64,000 nucleotides of DNA from Octopus sinensis (GCF_006345805.1 NC_043006.1:53196001-53260000); one strand, 5' to 3'; counted from the stretch's first letter, positions 1 through 14,872 are shown. Notes: a model not told the origin generated them from the letters alone. Numbers and translations: made by a program.

Positions 1-123
1 GTAAAAAAGGGATCAGAAAAGTATTTGACCCAGATACATGGAAAGTCAACCATACAAAAAGAGATACAGAAGTTAGTGGTGACTGGCACTGTACATGTCT
101 TGAAAAAGACATTATTAATTTAA
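1..123 (+). mobile_element. 3' end of an R4/Dong-like (RLE) non-LTR retrotransposon ORF, fragment
   Basis: Frame 1 reads VKKGSEKYLTQIHGKSTIQKEIQKLVVTGTVHVLKKTLLI*, resembling the C-terminal 'EIQK..L.GT..IL.K.L' end of R4/Dong ORFs. Confidence 0.55.
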
Positions 124-1539
124 ATACCTTGCAAAGACATTTACTATTTGTTTTAAGCCCTTGTGTGAACAATTGTAATCCAATTGATTGTTTAAAGTGC
201 ATATCAGGGAGACAAACAGCAAAATACCTTGTTAGAAGCCAGTCTTCTAGTTTTCATACTCAAAGGTGCCCATGGGCATCTTTGATGTTGGATCGGGCAA
301 TAAATCTCCCATGTCTTCTAAACAGTTGTGCATGAGCTGATCACAGATTACTAACATGGTTTTTAAACAAAATTAGGAAACATCTCTTCTTAAATCAATA
401 CCTTAGTACTCCCTTCTTCTTCATTCAATTCATTCAGTAGTTCTGACAGTTCTTTGCTCTTATGTGAAAAACTGTGATTTGAAAATTCTGACAAAATGGT
501 TGAGGCATGCTCTTTTTTGTGTGGGGGTGTTTTTTAATGATTTTCATCTTTCTCTCTGTCTCCAGTAGTATGAAACTCCTGCTCCTTTTCCATCACCTTT
601 TCATTGCTGCTTGACAATGAGGTACCACCAACGGTATTGATTGGAAGAGGAATTCTTTGGTTTCATCATAATCTTTAGTTCAGATGCAAACAGGAGTACC
701 CTGTGAACATCAGTACCCATGTCCAGCTGTTACTGTTACTGTCAATGCTGTTCTTTCCCTTTTAACTTCTCCAGCTCATCTGTACAGAAAGATCTAAAAT
801 GACCTTTACTTCTGCATGTATAGCAGCTGGACTTTATGCAAGCATGGCCAATCTTAAAACAATTTCTCTCTACCTCCATCCCCTATTATGAGGCACCCTA
901 GAAGCATTTTATGATTTTCAAGAGTCCCAGACCCCGGTCGAACCATCCAACCCGTGCTAGCGCAGATAACGGACGTTAAACGATAATGATGATGATGATG
1001 AATGCTCATAGGATACCATCTGACCACATTTTAGCAAATGTCATATCAGCACCAATCACCTACTCACACTGTTCACCCAAAGTTACAATGATCACACTGA
1101 CCAGTATTGTCTAATGATGTCAACTAAAAAACCACACTGACCAGAACAGTCAATTGATGACAGCTAGGAAAACCACCAACGACATTGCCGATGGACCACA
1201 CAATCAACAACATAGACTACAAACCACTTCTGAAGTATATTTTAAGTATCTTTAATTCAGTATATATATATATATATATATAGATAGATATAGATATATT
1301 GAATAAATCCACTTAACAACACGGTTGGAGATAAATCAATTCACTTAATAATGAACAATGCCTCATTGTAAACTGAAAAGTTTAGTTAAGTCAACAGTAG
1401 ACAATACCAAAACTGTTATAGCTCATACTGCATGGCAAGCAAGGATGGGCTGCAATAAACAACAAAATGTGTGAATGTTGAGAAACACTTGAAAATGCTG
1501 TGTAGCTTCCAAATAAATATTGTTTCTTAATTAAACAAC

Positions 1540-1574
<35 letters not shown>

Positions 1575-1659
1575 AACAATGCGAAGCATTGTGACCAGCG
1601 ATGTGTAGCAACATCTGATAGCCTGGTCAGTCACGGTGATATATATATATATATATATA

Positions 1660-1857
1660 TCACCGTGACTGACCAGGCTATCAGATGTTGCTACACATCG
1701 CTGGTCACAATGCGCTTTGCATTGTTTTAGCCTTCAAATGACGCCATCTCACTGGCTAAGTGAGCAGGCCAACAGAAGAAAGAGTGAGAGGAAATTGTGG
1801 CGAAAGAGTACAGCTGGGATCGCCACCACCTGCTGCAGGAGCCTTGTGGAGCTTTAG

Positions 1858-1860
<3 letters not shown>
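1660..1860 (-). mobile_element. SINE 3' portion (relative of family B), truncated by a microsatellite
   Basis: Shares aagagtgagag.aa.ttgtggcgaaagagt...gtggagct with the family B copies at 13783 and 19606. Confidence 0.6.
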
Positions 1861-1908
<48 letters not shown>

Positions 1909-1986
1909 GTGTGTGTGTGTGTGTGTGTATGTATATATATATGTGTGTGTGTATGTATATATATGTGTGTGTGTGTGTTGTGTATG

Positions 1987-2017
<31 letters not shown>

Positions 2018-2283
2018 ATGTATATATGTGTGTGTGTGTGTATGTATATATATATATGTGTGTGTGTGTATGTATATATATATATGTGTGTGTGTATGTG
2101 TATGTGTGTGTGTGTGTGTGTGTGTATGTGTGTGTGTATATATATGTGTGTGTGAGTGTGTATATGTGTTCTGTGTATATATGTATGTGTATGTATATAT
2201 ATATATATGTGTGTGTGTGTGTATGTATATATATACATATATATACACACACATATATATATTTATATATATATGTATATGTG
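1858..2283. repeat. Compound (TG)n/(TA)n microsatellite
   Basis: Seen directly; source of the low-complexity ORFs at 1727-2378. Confidence 0.95.
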
Positions 2284-2319
2284 TCCAAATGAAGCACACT
2301 CATTTGCCAACATCTAACT

Positions 2320-3168
2320 AACCTAACAACAAAGGAATGCAATGACTTAACAAATTTTGATTGCAAAACCAGCAACATCTACAGCCTTCCAAAAATTCAC
2401 AAGAGCAAAATAATCACAGAAGCTTGCACAAAGTCCACCTCAACTTTCATCACTGTTTCAAACCCCACTGATCTCAAACTGAGACTAAGTGTGGCAGGTC
2501 CAAACTGTGAAACACAGATTAAGCAACTTCCTTGATATACTCTGAAAACCAATACTTAAACATGTACCAAGAAATGTAAGAGATGGTCTGGACCTGCTAA
2601 ACCACGTCTCCAAACATACCAATAAACACATTTTCATCGTCTCTTTTGATGTGATAAACCTTTGTACCACGATTCCACATCAACACGGGCTGTAAGCCAT
2701 TAAATTCTGGCTAGAAAAATACCCCAATGAGGTCCCAGAAAGGAAAAAAACAGAATTTATCGTTGAGGGCTTTAAGTTTATCTTCGGAAACAACTTTTTA
2801 AATTTTAATTATAATACCTACAAACAGGTATCAGGGACTGTGATGGGTACTAAAGTCGTCCCAACTTATGCCAATCTGGTGATAGCCTACCTGGAAGTAC
2901 AAATATATGAACAATCCAAATTGAAATACAGCATCTCTTTCCACAAATATTTGTTGGAGAATTGGAAATGCTACTTGGATGACTGCCTAATTCTATGGTG
3001 TCACACATTCAACCAGCTTGGTGAATTCAAAAATTTAATCAACAGTGTCAACAACCATATCCAATTTGCAATGGAATATAGTCAAGACCAACTCCCATTT
3101 CTAGACATTCTTATTATAAAAAAATGGCACCAATATTGAAACTGATATCCACTACAAACCAACTGATT
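2320..3168 (+). mobile_element. Penelope-like element reverse transcriptase, decayed fragment
   Basis: Motifs IYSLPKIHK, VSFDVINL, SGTVMGTKVVPTYANL, WKCYLDDCL, QLPFLDIL and TDIHYKPTD, interrupted by stops and frameshifts; starts next to a microsatellite. Confidence 0.85.
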
Positions 3169-3415
3169 AATTTATTTCACAACCTATTTTGAACTCTTTC
3201 ATGTGAACTGTTTAAACACAATGCCTCTCTTAACATTTTTTTATCATTGTCAAAGACTCTATCACTGTATTTTAATACATCTATGTTAACCATTTTTTAA
3301 CACTACAAAGGCAACACAAAGCATTACATTCTACTTTTGAAAAGCTTTTTTTTTTTTACAAATAGTGAAACTATTTTTTACAAATAGTTAGATCTCTGCA
3401 TTTTCAAATCCTCTT

Positions 3416-3487
<72 letters not shown>

Positions 3488-3495
3488 TATATATA

Positions 3496-3557
3496 CTAGC
3501 AGAGATACCCGGCATTGCCCGGTTACATTCAATAGAAGAATTAGACTTTTCTGTTAT

Positions 3558-3601
<44 letters not shown>

Positions 3602-4140
3602 ATACACACACACACACACATACACAAATATATGTATATTAATATAAATACATGAAAGTACATGAAGTTTGTTAAAAAAAAAAGGGGATCATGTATATAC
3701 CTCCTGGCTGTTGAGATTACAATACTCAAAATATATAACAGACTGGAATTGTAGGCCCGTCTCTTGCAATTTCGATCAATTGTATCTTGTCCTCCCTCTT
3801 GTATAGAAGTGTACGGCAGCAGCGAAATTCATCTTTGGACTTTCTTCTATCGAAGGCATTTTAACAAAAATGCTTCCGTAAAGACGGTGAAAATATTGTC
3901 AATTTCCCCAAACAGGGACACAATTCAATTTTTAAACAATAACCAAATCCCCTTCTCCGAAAGTTTACAATTATTTAATAAATGCAACACAACAACGTTT
4001 CCCTGACGAGGAACCAACAAACGTGATTACAATAGTCAAACAGTAATAATAATAACAACAAACCTTTTTAATTTATCCCCATTTATGTGAAACCACTTAT
4101 TCAAGTTCAAGTCATTGATGCAATTTTATACGAATTGCTA

Positions 4141-4183
<43 letters not shown>

Positions 4184-4596
4184 ATAAGGGTGAAAAATTG
4201 AATATTAATTTGATTAATATGAATTGAAAACCAGTGGTGTAGCATAGCGGATCTTCCCCTAGCAAAAAGGATGACTACTATTAATAGCTCATCCCTGTTA
4301 TATAATACTTTCACTTTAATAGTTTCACACTTGCAAAGAGAAAGTAGGAGAAAGTGTGGTGGTAATAGCAGGAGTAAACCACTTGAAATGAGAGAGGCAA
4401 ATCGTAAAATATTGAGTTTTCTCAAATTTTTGCTTAATTGGGGGTCAAATTAAAAAAACTTTATATGCCATGACCCAATCGAATCTACTTGGTAAAATCA
4501 TAGGTAAATTCCAATAGAAGAAATTCTATATTGTAGAATTGTATTAAAAAGAAACATGGGAACAGGCAGAGAAAATCTGCCTTTTATCATAAGAGA
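3496..4596 (-). mobile_element. Non-autonomous Helitron-like element
   Basis: Minus strand begins 5'-TC (4596) and ends CTAG-3' (3496) after a CCGGGCAATGCCGGG hairpin; inserted between A and T. A similar hairpin+CTAG end occurs at about 54578-54606 (+). Confidence 0.65.
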
Positions 4597-5963
4597 TGCA
4601 CACAATGGTGAAACTATGCTTTGCTGATGAGGTCTATGAACTCTTTGATTATTCTTTCATCCTGGTGGATCTCCATAACCATTTGATGCTTAAAAACTAA
4701 TTTTATAAATACTACTTTCAAAATTCCTATTTTGTTATTCACATATTCACTTGTGTAGGTTGAACCATGTGTGTAAATGGTTAGAGAAAGGCATTTAGCT
4801 GTTTCTTGCAATAATACAGCTAAAACAAAATTTTTTCATGGACCCTTAAAATACTACTGTGGATCCTCAAATTATTATTTCGCTTGTGTTGATACTCCAA
4901 AATCTTAAATGGATCTCATGTGATTACTTCTACTTTTCTTGATCAAAATTAGTCATTAAGACAATGATTAATTCTCTTCACTTTGAGTTTAATTTTATTA
5001 TTTGTTTTTCCTGCATCTGGTATCCCTGGGTATGCTCACCATCATCACTCTGTCATTATTTTGACATGACAAGCTCTATGTACAAGGGCCAAGATAATGA
5101 TATAGCTTCAATTCTTAGTTGTATTTATCTTGTTGTCTTTGACAGATGTTATAAAACATGTGATATTTCCTACTAATAAATCAATTTTAGTCCATAGCTT
5201 GTTTGTGATATCTAAGGAATTGTTAGTATATCATTTGGTATCTAAATGCCATATTTGTCCATAGTGTTTTATTGCCATTTTTTTTACTCCAGAATCTTGA
5301 GGAAAACTATTTTAGTTGATGCATAATTTGAGTAGAGTTATGTTAATTGCTCAAGGGCATACTTAGCAGTGATGAATGTCTGAAGAAGAGTAGTTCTGGG
5401 GAGAAATAGGTTTGGATCAGATTTAAATGAGAATGGCACTTATTTGATAGTTTGAAGATGTGACACCATTGCAGTAATAGCATGGGAATCAGTAAAAGAA
5501 CTGTTTGACAAGAGCCACTAGTTTCCACTTTGTAAGCAGCTTATGTTTTTCTTTTTTTTACTAATTAATATCTATCTTTAGTCAGACAGACTAATGTAAG
5601 TACAATAACCATTACATTACTAATTTAGCCTGGTTTATGAATAAACAAATATATTTTTTGATAGTGGTTTTAAAAATCAATCCCAGGAACTTTTTTTTAC
5701 AAAAAAAAAAGCCTGGTACTTATTCTATCAGTCTCTTTTGCTGAACCACAATATTGAGGACAAACACAGAATGACACACGCACATATAAATGTGCGAGTG
5801 TGTATGTGTGTGTGTATATATATATATATATACACACACACACAGTGGGCAGTCCAAAAGTCACTAAACTATTTCAAAATATAATAACTCTTTTGTTTGC
5901 TAAATATATGCATTTATTCTTTTATAAACAATAAATACACTTCTTGGAAAACATTTTTAATTA

Positions 5964-6442
5964 CCGTAAATCCTCGAGTATAATCTGCATTTTTTTCCCA
6001 AAATTTAAAGGTCAAAATCCCTAGTGCGTACTATATACGAGTTTAAAAATGAAAATTATCTTCTAAGCAATGTCTGAGTCTCTATTTGCTGTCCGGCAAT
6101 GTTTATTCAGATGCATTTTGTGATGTCGGCGTGAAAATACCTTAAATCATCCATAACTTGCAATAAGCAACATTTATTAAACGTTATTAATGTTATTTCT
6201 TTATTTTCTGCAAACAAAATGCACAAAAAAGCTACACATTTGTATTATGTTACATATACAATAATAATAAAGAACGTTAGCGTATACATTTTAACAAACC
6301 AAGGACGTTATAAAGACCTCCTTGACTCAAGTTAGAGAAAGGGTGTGTATTATACACAAGGTTTAGGTTTTTCAGAGGTACAGCCCCCTAAAATTCCCCT
6401 GCGTATTATACTCAAGGGCAGATTATACTTGAGGATTTATGG
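5964..6442. mobile_element. Tc1/mariner-superfamily MITE with TA target duplication, nested in an older element (about 5843-6600)
   Basis: 25-bp TIR CCGTAAATCCTCGAGTATAATCTGC matches the right end with 2 CpG-type mismatches; TA on both flanks. Confidence 0.85.
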
Positions 6443-6736
6443 TAGGTTTGAAAACTACACCCTTTCAGATGGCCACCATCTCATTCTTGACAATGGTGAG
6501 CTCTCCCCTTAATGCCACCCTCTGTACAAAATTGATCAGCATCTCTAGTCTCAGCAAAATCTGAAGAAGTGTTAAAGTTATGTCATAAAATAGAATCCAT
6601 GTGAACATTTACAGGAAAATATAGAAGTTACAGCCAAAAATAAAATCTCTATGTGTATTTGCACGAAAAAAGCCTATTGATTTTATAAAACCACTGCTCA
6701 GGTGCAATTATCGATTTTTTGTCAATGCCACATACT

Positions 6737-6876
6737 GGTTCGAAATTTCCCTAAGACACCTGATGAAGGCTTGAGGGTATATCAGCCAAAACGGTGTGTT
6801 AACAACAAACAAGATGAGGACAAATATCGGTCAATTGTAAATAATGTACATAATTCCTCATCTCTTAAATATAGAG
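6737..6876 (+). mobile_element. 3' tail fragment of the hammerhead-bearing tRNA-headed element (same family as 30779-31380)
   Basis: Near-identical to 31264-31380; decayed hammerhead motif at 6755-6800. Confidence 0.75.
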
Positions 6877-7200
6877 TCATATACTGACACCAACTCACTG
6901 CCATGAGCCTTGCTCACTCATCGATTTTCATCAAAATCGGACAAAAAATGCAGAGGCTGCAGGAAAAATAACATTATTATGGAAATTTCCATTCAAGTGC
7001 CCAATTGAGCTCACAAAAATTGATGCCAACTGAGCATTATTGAGTTTTCGAAAAATTCCAACTTTATTTGAACTTCAGGGCATGTGATCTGCCTATGTGC
7101 CAAAAATCATTAAAATTGCTTGGACAGTGTGGGAGGAGTTAGAGTAACCCCAAACACACACACAGGCAGACACCATTACACATTTATGTATACAGATATA

Positions 7201-8262
7201 TATCAGGCTGAGTGAAAAGTAAACAACGTTTTGAAATATGAAATTCATCACATTTTAACAATGCAGAAATTTTATTCATCAAAGTAAGTACCATTGCAGT
7301 ACAATCAACGCATTTTTGCCAACAAGTTACAAGTTTGTCTATTCTGATAACATAAAAATCTGGAGTTCTGGAGCTGATGAACTCTTTGAATGCACTTTCA
7401 GCATCAGTTTGATTTTTGAACTCCTTCTCTCGTAGGAAACCATCAAGGTGCTTAAAAAAGTGGTAGTTTGTAGGAGATAGGTGTGAGGAATAAGCTGGAT
7501 GGGGAAGAACTTCATAACTAAGTTACCTCAACTTCTGGAGCATCATTAGTGAAACGTGTGGTCGAGCATTGGCATGAAGAATGATTGACCCTCTTCTGTT
7601 GACCTGTCTGGGAGGGAGGAGGAGCAGTTTTTTGTTCATTTTGGCAATTTCATGGCAATATGTTTCTGTGGTAATGGTCTGTCGGGGTTTTACGAAGTTA
7701 TAGTGAATGAGTCCACTAGTACACCACCAAACAGTCACCATAATCTTCTTTTTGAAGAGCTAGGATTTTGAGAAGGTTTTTGGTGCTTCATTTTGGTTCA
7801 AACCCTGCAAAGAACTTCTTTTATTATTGTACAGAATCCACTTTTCATTGCAAGTTACAATACTGTCAAGAAAAGGATCAATCTTCTTACGGAGAAGTAA
7901 CAAGCAAATTTCATATCTGCCCATTTTCTGATTTTCATTCAAATCATGTGGTACCCATTTTTTGAGCTTTTTTGATTTTCTGATTACATGCAAATGGTTG
8001 CAGTCAATTTTCTAGCTAACTTGAAGTTCTTTTGTCAGTTCCCAAGTGGTTTTACATAGATCTTTCTCAATGATGGGCTTTAATTGACCGCCATCAATGA
8101 CAGATGGGCGTCCACTATGCTCATGATCTTCAAGGCTTAGGTCTCCACTGCGAAATCATTTAAACCATTTTCAAGCTGACCAGTCACTGGTCATTTTCTC
8201 ACCAAACATTTCATTGCTATCGCAAGCAGTTTCAGCTGCTTTACATCCCTTTTTGAAATCGA
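7201..8262 (-). mobile_element. Mariner transposase pseudogene with one terminal repeat
   Basis: Minus-strand peptides KWVPHDL, IVTCNEKWILY and LHANARPH match the mariner WVPHEL, T(G/C)DE(K/T)W and HDNA(R/P)PH motifs; frameshifted; TIR-like end at 7201-7240. Confidence 0.9.
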
Positions 8263-11200
8263 ATATAGCGGAGGTAAGGAGTTGATGACAGAGAACAAGA
8301 GATTCTGCTGAATAGGATATCAAAGATATGATTCCTAAATGATTTGGTTTTTATTCCTGAACTCGGATAATACTGAATTAGTTATTGCCTAAATAACTAA
8401 TAAAATAAATAACAAAAGATTTGAACTGATAACCTTTCAGTATAATATTACTCATTGACTATTTTATAGTCTATGGTGGGCATGATTTTGTATAGTCAAG
8501 AATTGGTCAAGAATTAAGAAAATTCAATCTTTTAAATATAGCTATAGATGTGATCATCATAATATTTTACCATATCTTCTACATGCTAGAATTTGTTGGG
8601 TTGATCTGCCTTACATCTCACCACACTCATTCATTCTATAAGTGCTAACATTCCAACATCAAACCACAAAACTTCAGTGTTTTCCTCTACTATAGATAAG
8701 TGCTTCCCATCGTCAGCACACAACTCCTTTTACCTACATGCTAACCAATACTTTGTGAGTGAATTTGATAGACAGAAGTTATGAAGTCTGTATTATGTGT
8801 GTGCCTGTGTACATCCTATGTGCTTTGCATGGAAAAGCCCTGAGCTACAAGTGATGAAGTATGTTGTCATTTCTCAGTCAACAAACTGTTCACTGGCACC
8901 TTGCTTTTAAAGATGTTTGGAATAAAAGATCCCTTATTTGAAAACCAAATAAGTTTTAATAACTGAAAAAGTATCCAGCTAATTCATGCTAGCATACAAA
9001 AAACAGATGTAAAAATGAATGAGCATTATATGTCCATATCAACACAACCATCTCCCTGCATGCATCAACTGATGCTCTTAATTCCAAACACTCTCAGCTT
9101 ACTTGTCTGCTATTTTTCATGCAGGTTAATATTATACAGGTGATAATGTCTCATTTCTCTTCACAACCTTAACATATCTTCAGTCAGGCCCCATGTTACA
9201 CTTCTATTCAGCTTCATACTTTCTTACAGCAGAATCCTCTACCATAGGAAAGAATTACAATATCATTTGTGGTTGTGAATTTTTTCATGAACCAAAGATA
9301 GCTGGAGGTGGTAGTGGGGAGATGAGGTTTCTTTTTTTGTTTCTTTTTAATGAAATAACATTAGTTTTAGTTCTGTTTAGTGTGTATATAAACACACACA
9401 CATCTAATGCATTACACACACACATGCAAGTATTTGCATATATAGTCATCCATGCATTTAGGTATATAATTAAATGCTGAAGTATTAATCGTAATAAGAT
9501 AGAACTTCACATAGCATGGAAATAAACATTAAATGTCTAAATTACAAACAGACATTTTCAGCTTTCTGAATCCTTTTCAACATAAATTTTGCAACATAGT
9601 AATGGCTGGCGCCTAAGCTACTAAAAGTAAGATGTAAAAGGAACACAGACACTTCTTTCTTCCACCCTTCATTATTATTTTTAAATTGGTTTGCCTCCCT
9701 TTTTTCCCCTCATTACAATTCTGTTGAATTGAAAGGCTGAATTTACCCTACTCTGATTGCAACTGAAAACTGTAACAAATGAGTTAACATAAAACATTTA
9801 CCCTCGATCTTTGTCTCCATTGTTCAAATACTGATGTTGGTGTAGGTGGTGGTAACAGTAGCTTATTGCATTTTCCACAAGGAAACATTACAAAGTCACG
9901 TTAGAAAACAGTTTGGGTCTATGCAGAATGAATTGTGATAAAAACAGAAAAAAAAAATATTTATTTTATTTACTACAGGGTCTCCAATGAGAGGGTACTA
10001 TAAGGACCACTTATAATAATTTGTGTGGGAGTTTACATAAAAATGGTGATAATATACAAAATAGATGAATACTTGTATGATGCCTTGATACAGGAGGGCA
10101 TCCAGCTAGAGCTGATCAAAGATCCCCACAGATCCAACCTGGACCACTAAGGGCATGAACCCTCATCCAACTGTTTTTCTCCAAGTTACAGGTGCATACG
10201 TAGAGTAATTCTTATGAAAAATCGAAAAAGTTTCTGGAGGAGAGCACTTCATTCTTATTTTCCTTTACAAGTGGAACTTGAAAAAGTCAATGAGTACTTG
10301 ACTGAAGAGAAAAGTGTCTACCCTCAATCCTTTCAGCTTTGTCCACCACATAAACTCTTTCACGGAAGACACTAGCTACCAGAAGAAAACAGCCTGCCCA
10401 GCCTTATTAAAAGAGAATGGTGGTGGAGTAATCTTGACAATGGACTCAGCCAGTAAACCAGATTCATCCTACATGTGCAGCAGCTGTTTGACATAACTCT
10501 ATAAGTCAACAATACTTAGACACTGCACAAGTGCAATTTGCATGGTTTCTTCACTCTTCACACTGATCTGACAGTCTTACTTGGCAGCTCTTCTGTGCCT
10601 GTCGTATTTATCTCAAACTGCCAATGGCTCAGGTAATACTTTCAAACCAAGAATTTCTGGAAGGTATCCATTGCAATTCCTGGTTCAAAAGTTCTCCAGA
10701 ATAGACCAGCCAGTTCATCCTCAGCAATACTTAGTCTCATCAAGAATGTAATTGCTCTAACCCAGCACAAAGTTCTCTATATATTGCTAAAGTGAAAATT
10801 TCATCAACCACATTGTCCAAATAATAGAATGCAATGATTGCCTGACAACATTCCAAGTGCCAGGCACTCAATTTTCATCTTTTCTTAAATTGAACTTAAT
10901 ACTTCATTGGTCCTTATTTTATTGATCTTCAAAATATGACAAAGTCAATGCAACACTGGAAGGATTTGAACTTGGCATGTAAACAAATCTAGCTAAACTC
11001 AGTTTTTTTGTTGGACACTCAGCTGATTTTACCACCCTCTATTCAACTGAGTCTACTATTATCCGCCTTTCTTTAAAAGGACTACAATAATGGAAATTTT
11101 TACTTGGTGCCAGGCCCCATATATTTTGTAGAAAGGATACATTGTTTAATCATTCTCAGTATTAGATTGGCACTTATTTTCTCAAGCCCACAGTGGTGGA

Positions 11201-11610
11201 AGATGAATGCAAGATTTGAACTCAGAACATAATAGAATGTAACTAAGTATTGCTGTACTAAAATTCTATATAGCAGAGGTATGATTCTTGCATGTCATGT
11301 TAATGACCTTGATTGAATTCTTACTTGAAACTAGTAATTCCGTTAGACATCTTTGTAGAATTAACAGGCGTATTGATCTGTGAGCCTTCCAGCAAGACAA
11401 AATATGAACAAAACAAAATATATTTTGCCAAATTCAAGGTTGTGGATTAAACTTATTGACACTGGGATTTTAGTTTTAAGTTCTTTATTCTATTTGATCT
11501 AACCATGTTCCTGTGAACTTGTCACCCTGCAAGAATGCTATTATATTAGAAAGTCCTGTCATATTTCAAGATGAGAAAGAAAAAAAATGTTTTTTTGCTT
11601 ATAATTGATA

Positions 11611-12238
11611 TCTTACTATAATGGGCATTATGTCCATCTGTCAATCCATCTGTCCATCTGTCTGTTCCCTCTTCATGGTCAAACGGCTGGATCAATGGTC
11701 CCAATGTTTTACGGGATTACGAAGGCAGAAACAGGAAGGTTTTTAATGACAACAAAATGTGAAAAAGTATGATTATTTAATGGATATTGAGTTTTGTATT
11801 AATAAATCACCTTTGATTTTTTTTGTTAAAATTCCGGCAACGAGGATTAACTCTGGATTTCTCACCTGTATAGTTCATGAATTTAGATGGTTTAGATTTA
11901 CGACACTATCCCTTTATTTGCCATCGTAAATGGGCAGATTTGTTATCTTATTATAATGGGCATTATATCCATCTGTTTGTCTGTCTTTTTGTCTGTTCCC
12001 TTTTCATGGCCAGATAGCTGGGCCAATGGTTACAATATATTTCAAAGACGGTCGTCAGGAAGGTTTTTAACATTAAAAAAATCAGAAAGTAGGATTATTT
12101 TGTGGATATCGAGGTTTGAATTGATAAAACATCTTCGCATTTTTATTAAAAATTCACCAACTACAAGTAACTCTGAATTTTCATTGTATAGTTCATGGCC
12201 CCATCATAGGTACGAAGGGGGTCACGAAGACAGTTAAT
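11611..12238 (+). mobile_element. Two tandem non-autonomous Helitron-like units
   Basis: Units start TCTTA(C/T)TATAATGGGCATTAT at 11611 and 11946, stay similar over about 250 bp and carry CTGT-type repeats near the 5' end. Confidence 0.55.
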
Positions 12239-13633
12239 AGCAAAAATAAAATGGAAAAAGTGAGTGTTAGTATATAGTGTGTGTGATTATTTAGTGGTTA
12301 TTGAAGTGTGTCAGTCTCGAGCAGGATTCGAAACTGCTAATCAGTTTACACCTCAGTTTTGTCAATCGAAATAACCCATTGTACCAGAACATCCAGACAT
12401 TATTCACATAGAACAGTGAGAAGTAAGTCTTAGTTTGATTTTTTGCAACCCTAAAGATTTCGCTCATGCATTCACAGTTTGCTTTTGTTTTTCCTCAACT
12501 ACGGTTTTTAGATCAGTTTTGACAGAACTTGGTCATCCAGATCAAGGGGAATCTGTGAAAAAAATTTCCAGAATGAAACTGACCAAACCACCATTGGCTC
12601 ATCCAGACAGTTTGAGCTTCATTTCTATACACAAAACAAATTTCTTGCTGCTTCTACTGTTGCTGAGCCCCATTGAATTCATACAGTATGCAATGCCAGA
12701 TATGGGTCTGATCTAAACTCATTTTAAAAAGAAAAACATTGTCATGAATTTAACCACAATTGCACAATTGTTTAAAGTTATCTGCATAGAAAGGAGAAAC
12801 ATTAGAATGTAAAAACTAATGTATCCTCTAAGTGATCATGTCAAAAGGCAACAGAACTCTCTTTCCAACCTAATAGATAGATAGATAGATAGATAGATAG
12901 ACTGAATCAACTGTCAACTCCCCACTCCACCCCGTGAAGTTGTTCTATTTGTAAGATAGAGACATTGGATAAAGTACAGAGTGTATATTTGAGTATTTGT
13001 GTGATGTAAATCTTTGCCATGTCACTCTAATTAGTGTATGACAACTGTATGGAGAGGGCAGGGGTGATTTCTCTTGTTTATGTCTGGATGTAAAGGGTCT
13101 GCTATGTAAAGAAGTGTGTGTCTGAAGAGACTAGCTTGGTAGAGTTGCAGGATTATAAATTGGGTGAGAGCTGGACTTTGGGTGTGAGGTATCCTTCTTG
13201 GTAAGGATTCTCTCTCTCTCTCACATACAAATGGTGTCTGTCATTGACTCCCCCCCCCCCGTATTTCTCTGTCAGCTTGTCCATTTCTCCTTTCTTTCTT
13301 TCTCTCTCTCCTTCCCCTCCCACTCTTCATCCAACCCTTACAATTCTCCATATTTCTCAATCTAACTATCTTTTCCTGTCTGTGTCTATGACCTAAGGCA
13401 CTGCTGAGACATTTTATGTCTGTGTCAACCATGTTGATGATGAATTTTAGAAGTATATTTTGTCTTCATTTCTTACTTCTCCACCCACTGTATACATAAA
13501 CACACACAGAATCTGCCTGTAAGGTATATTTGTGAGTATTTGTTTGTGAAGTCAGAGAAAGAAGTAATGTATATTGTCATTTACCAACCTCTCATTCAGT
13601 GTGGAATTGCCTATCTGTCTATCTGTCTATCTG

Positions 13634-13700
<67 letters not shown>

Positions 13701-13782
13701 GCTGATCAATCTGTTTATCTTCCTGCCTCTCTCTCTCTCTCTTTCCATCCACCCACTGCCCACCCCACTCATAAACATATTA

Positions 13783-14088
13783 GTTTGTTGTTCCTTCTCA
13801 AGCCATGCCTGGCTCATAGGGCCGGTTTCCCAATTTCCTTTGGCATATAGGTTCCCCACCTGGTCGGAAAGCCAGTCCATCGCAGGTGAGCTGCAAGATG
13901 CAGGAGGAAAGAGTGAGAGAAAGTTGTGGCGAAAGAGTCAGCAGAAGTTCACCATTACCTTCTTCCAGAGCCACATGGAGCTTAGGTGTTTTTGCTCATA
14001 AACACACACATCGCCCAGTCTGAGATTTGAACCCGCGATCCCTCGACTGCAAGTTCACTGCTCTAACCACTAAGCCATGTGCCTCCAC
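13783..14088 (-). mobile_element. tRNA-derived SINE, family B
   Basis: Minus strand has A-box TGGCTTAGTGG and B-box GGTTCAAATC; homologous to 19606-19900, 27186-27490 and 63440-63733. Confidence 0.85.
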
Positions 14089-14649
14089 AAACATTAGTAA
14101 CAAGTTAAAAAGTGAGTAATCCACACACTACATTAGTTGTTGATAAATCACTCTTAATAGCAGAATAGCATTAATCCAATACCAGGGGTTTCACATGAAT
14201 ACATCCACAATTATTCAATTGTAGTTTGAATAATGCTGGCAGCTTGGCCATCTTGTCAGACATGAGTGCAAGCAAGATTAGGAAGTAATCATTCAGGGAC
14301 TGCACTATTGGTTGCTTCCTTTGCCTATGCTGGTGCTAACAAGAGCAATTTTGACAAATTACAGTGTGTGTGTGTGTCTTTGTATATTTATACACATACA
14401 CATGATATGCAATTTTTTAATTGATTATTAGTATACATCTGGAAAAATTTGGCATGAAATATGTACACACATACACTACTACTACTTGCATGAAAAAAGT
14501 GCCCAGTACACACTGTAAAGGTTGATGTTAGGAAGAGCATCCAGACATAGGAGCTATACCAAAGCTGTCACAGAGCACAATGCAGCCTTGTTGCACACCA
14601 GGTCAGATCAAACTGTTCAGCTGTCCAACCTATGCAAAGAAAATGCATA

Positions 14650-14817
14650 CGAGTGGCCATGTGATAAGTAGCTTGCTTATGAACCACATGGCTCCGGGTT
14701 CAGTGCCACTGCATGGCACCTTGGGCAAGTGTCTTCTACTATAGCCTTGGGCCGGCCAATGCCTTGTGAGTGGATTTGGTAGGCAGAAACTGAAAGAAGC
14801 CCATCGTATATATATAT

Positions 14818-14872
<55 letters not shown>

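Noticed and set aside
1385-1430. Possible decayed hammerhead 3' half between (AT)n tracts
   Set aside because: No recognisable CUGANGA core; too many changes must be assumed
1727-2378. Long HT/YI/CV-rich ORFs (also 34915-36445 and 44502-46810)
   Set aside because: Translations of (TA)n, (TG)n and (TACA)n microsatellites, open in many frames on both strands
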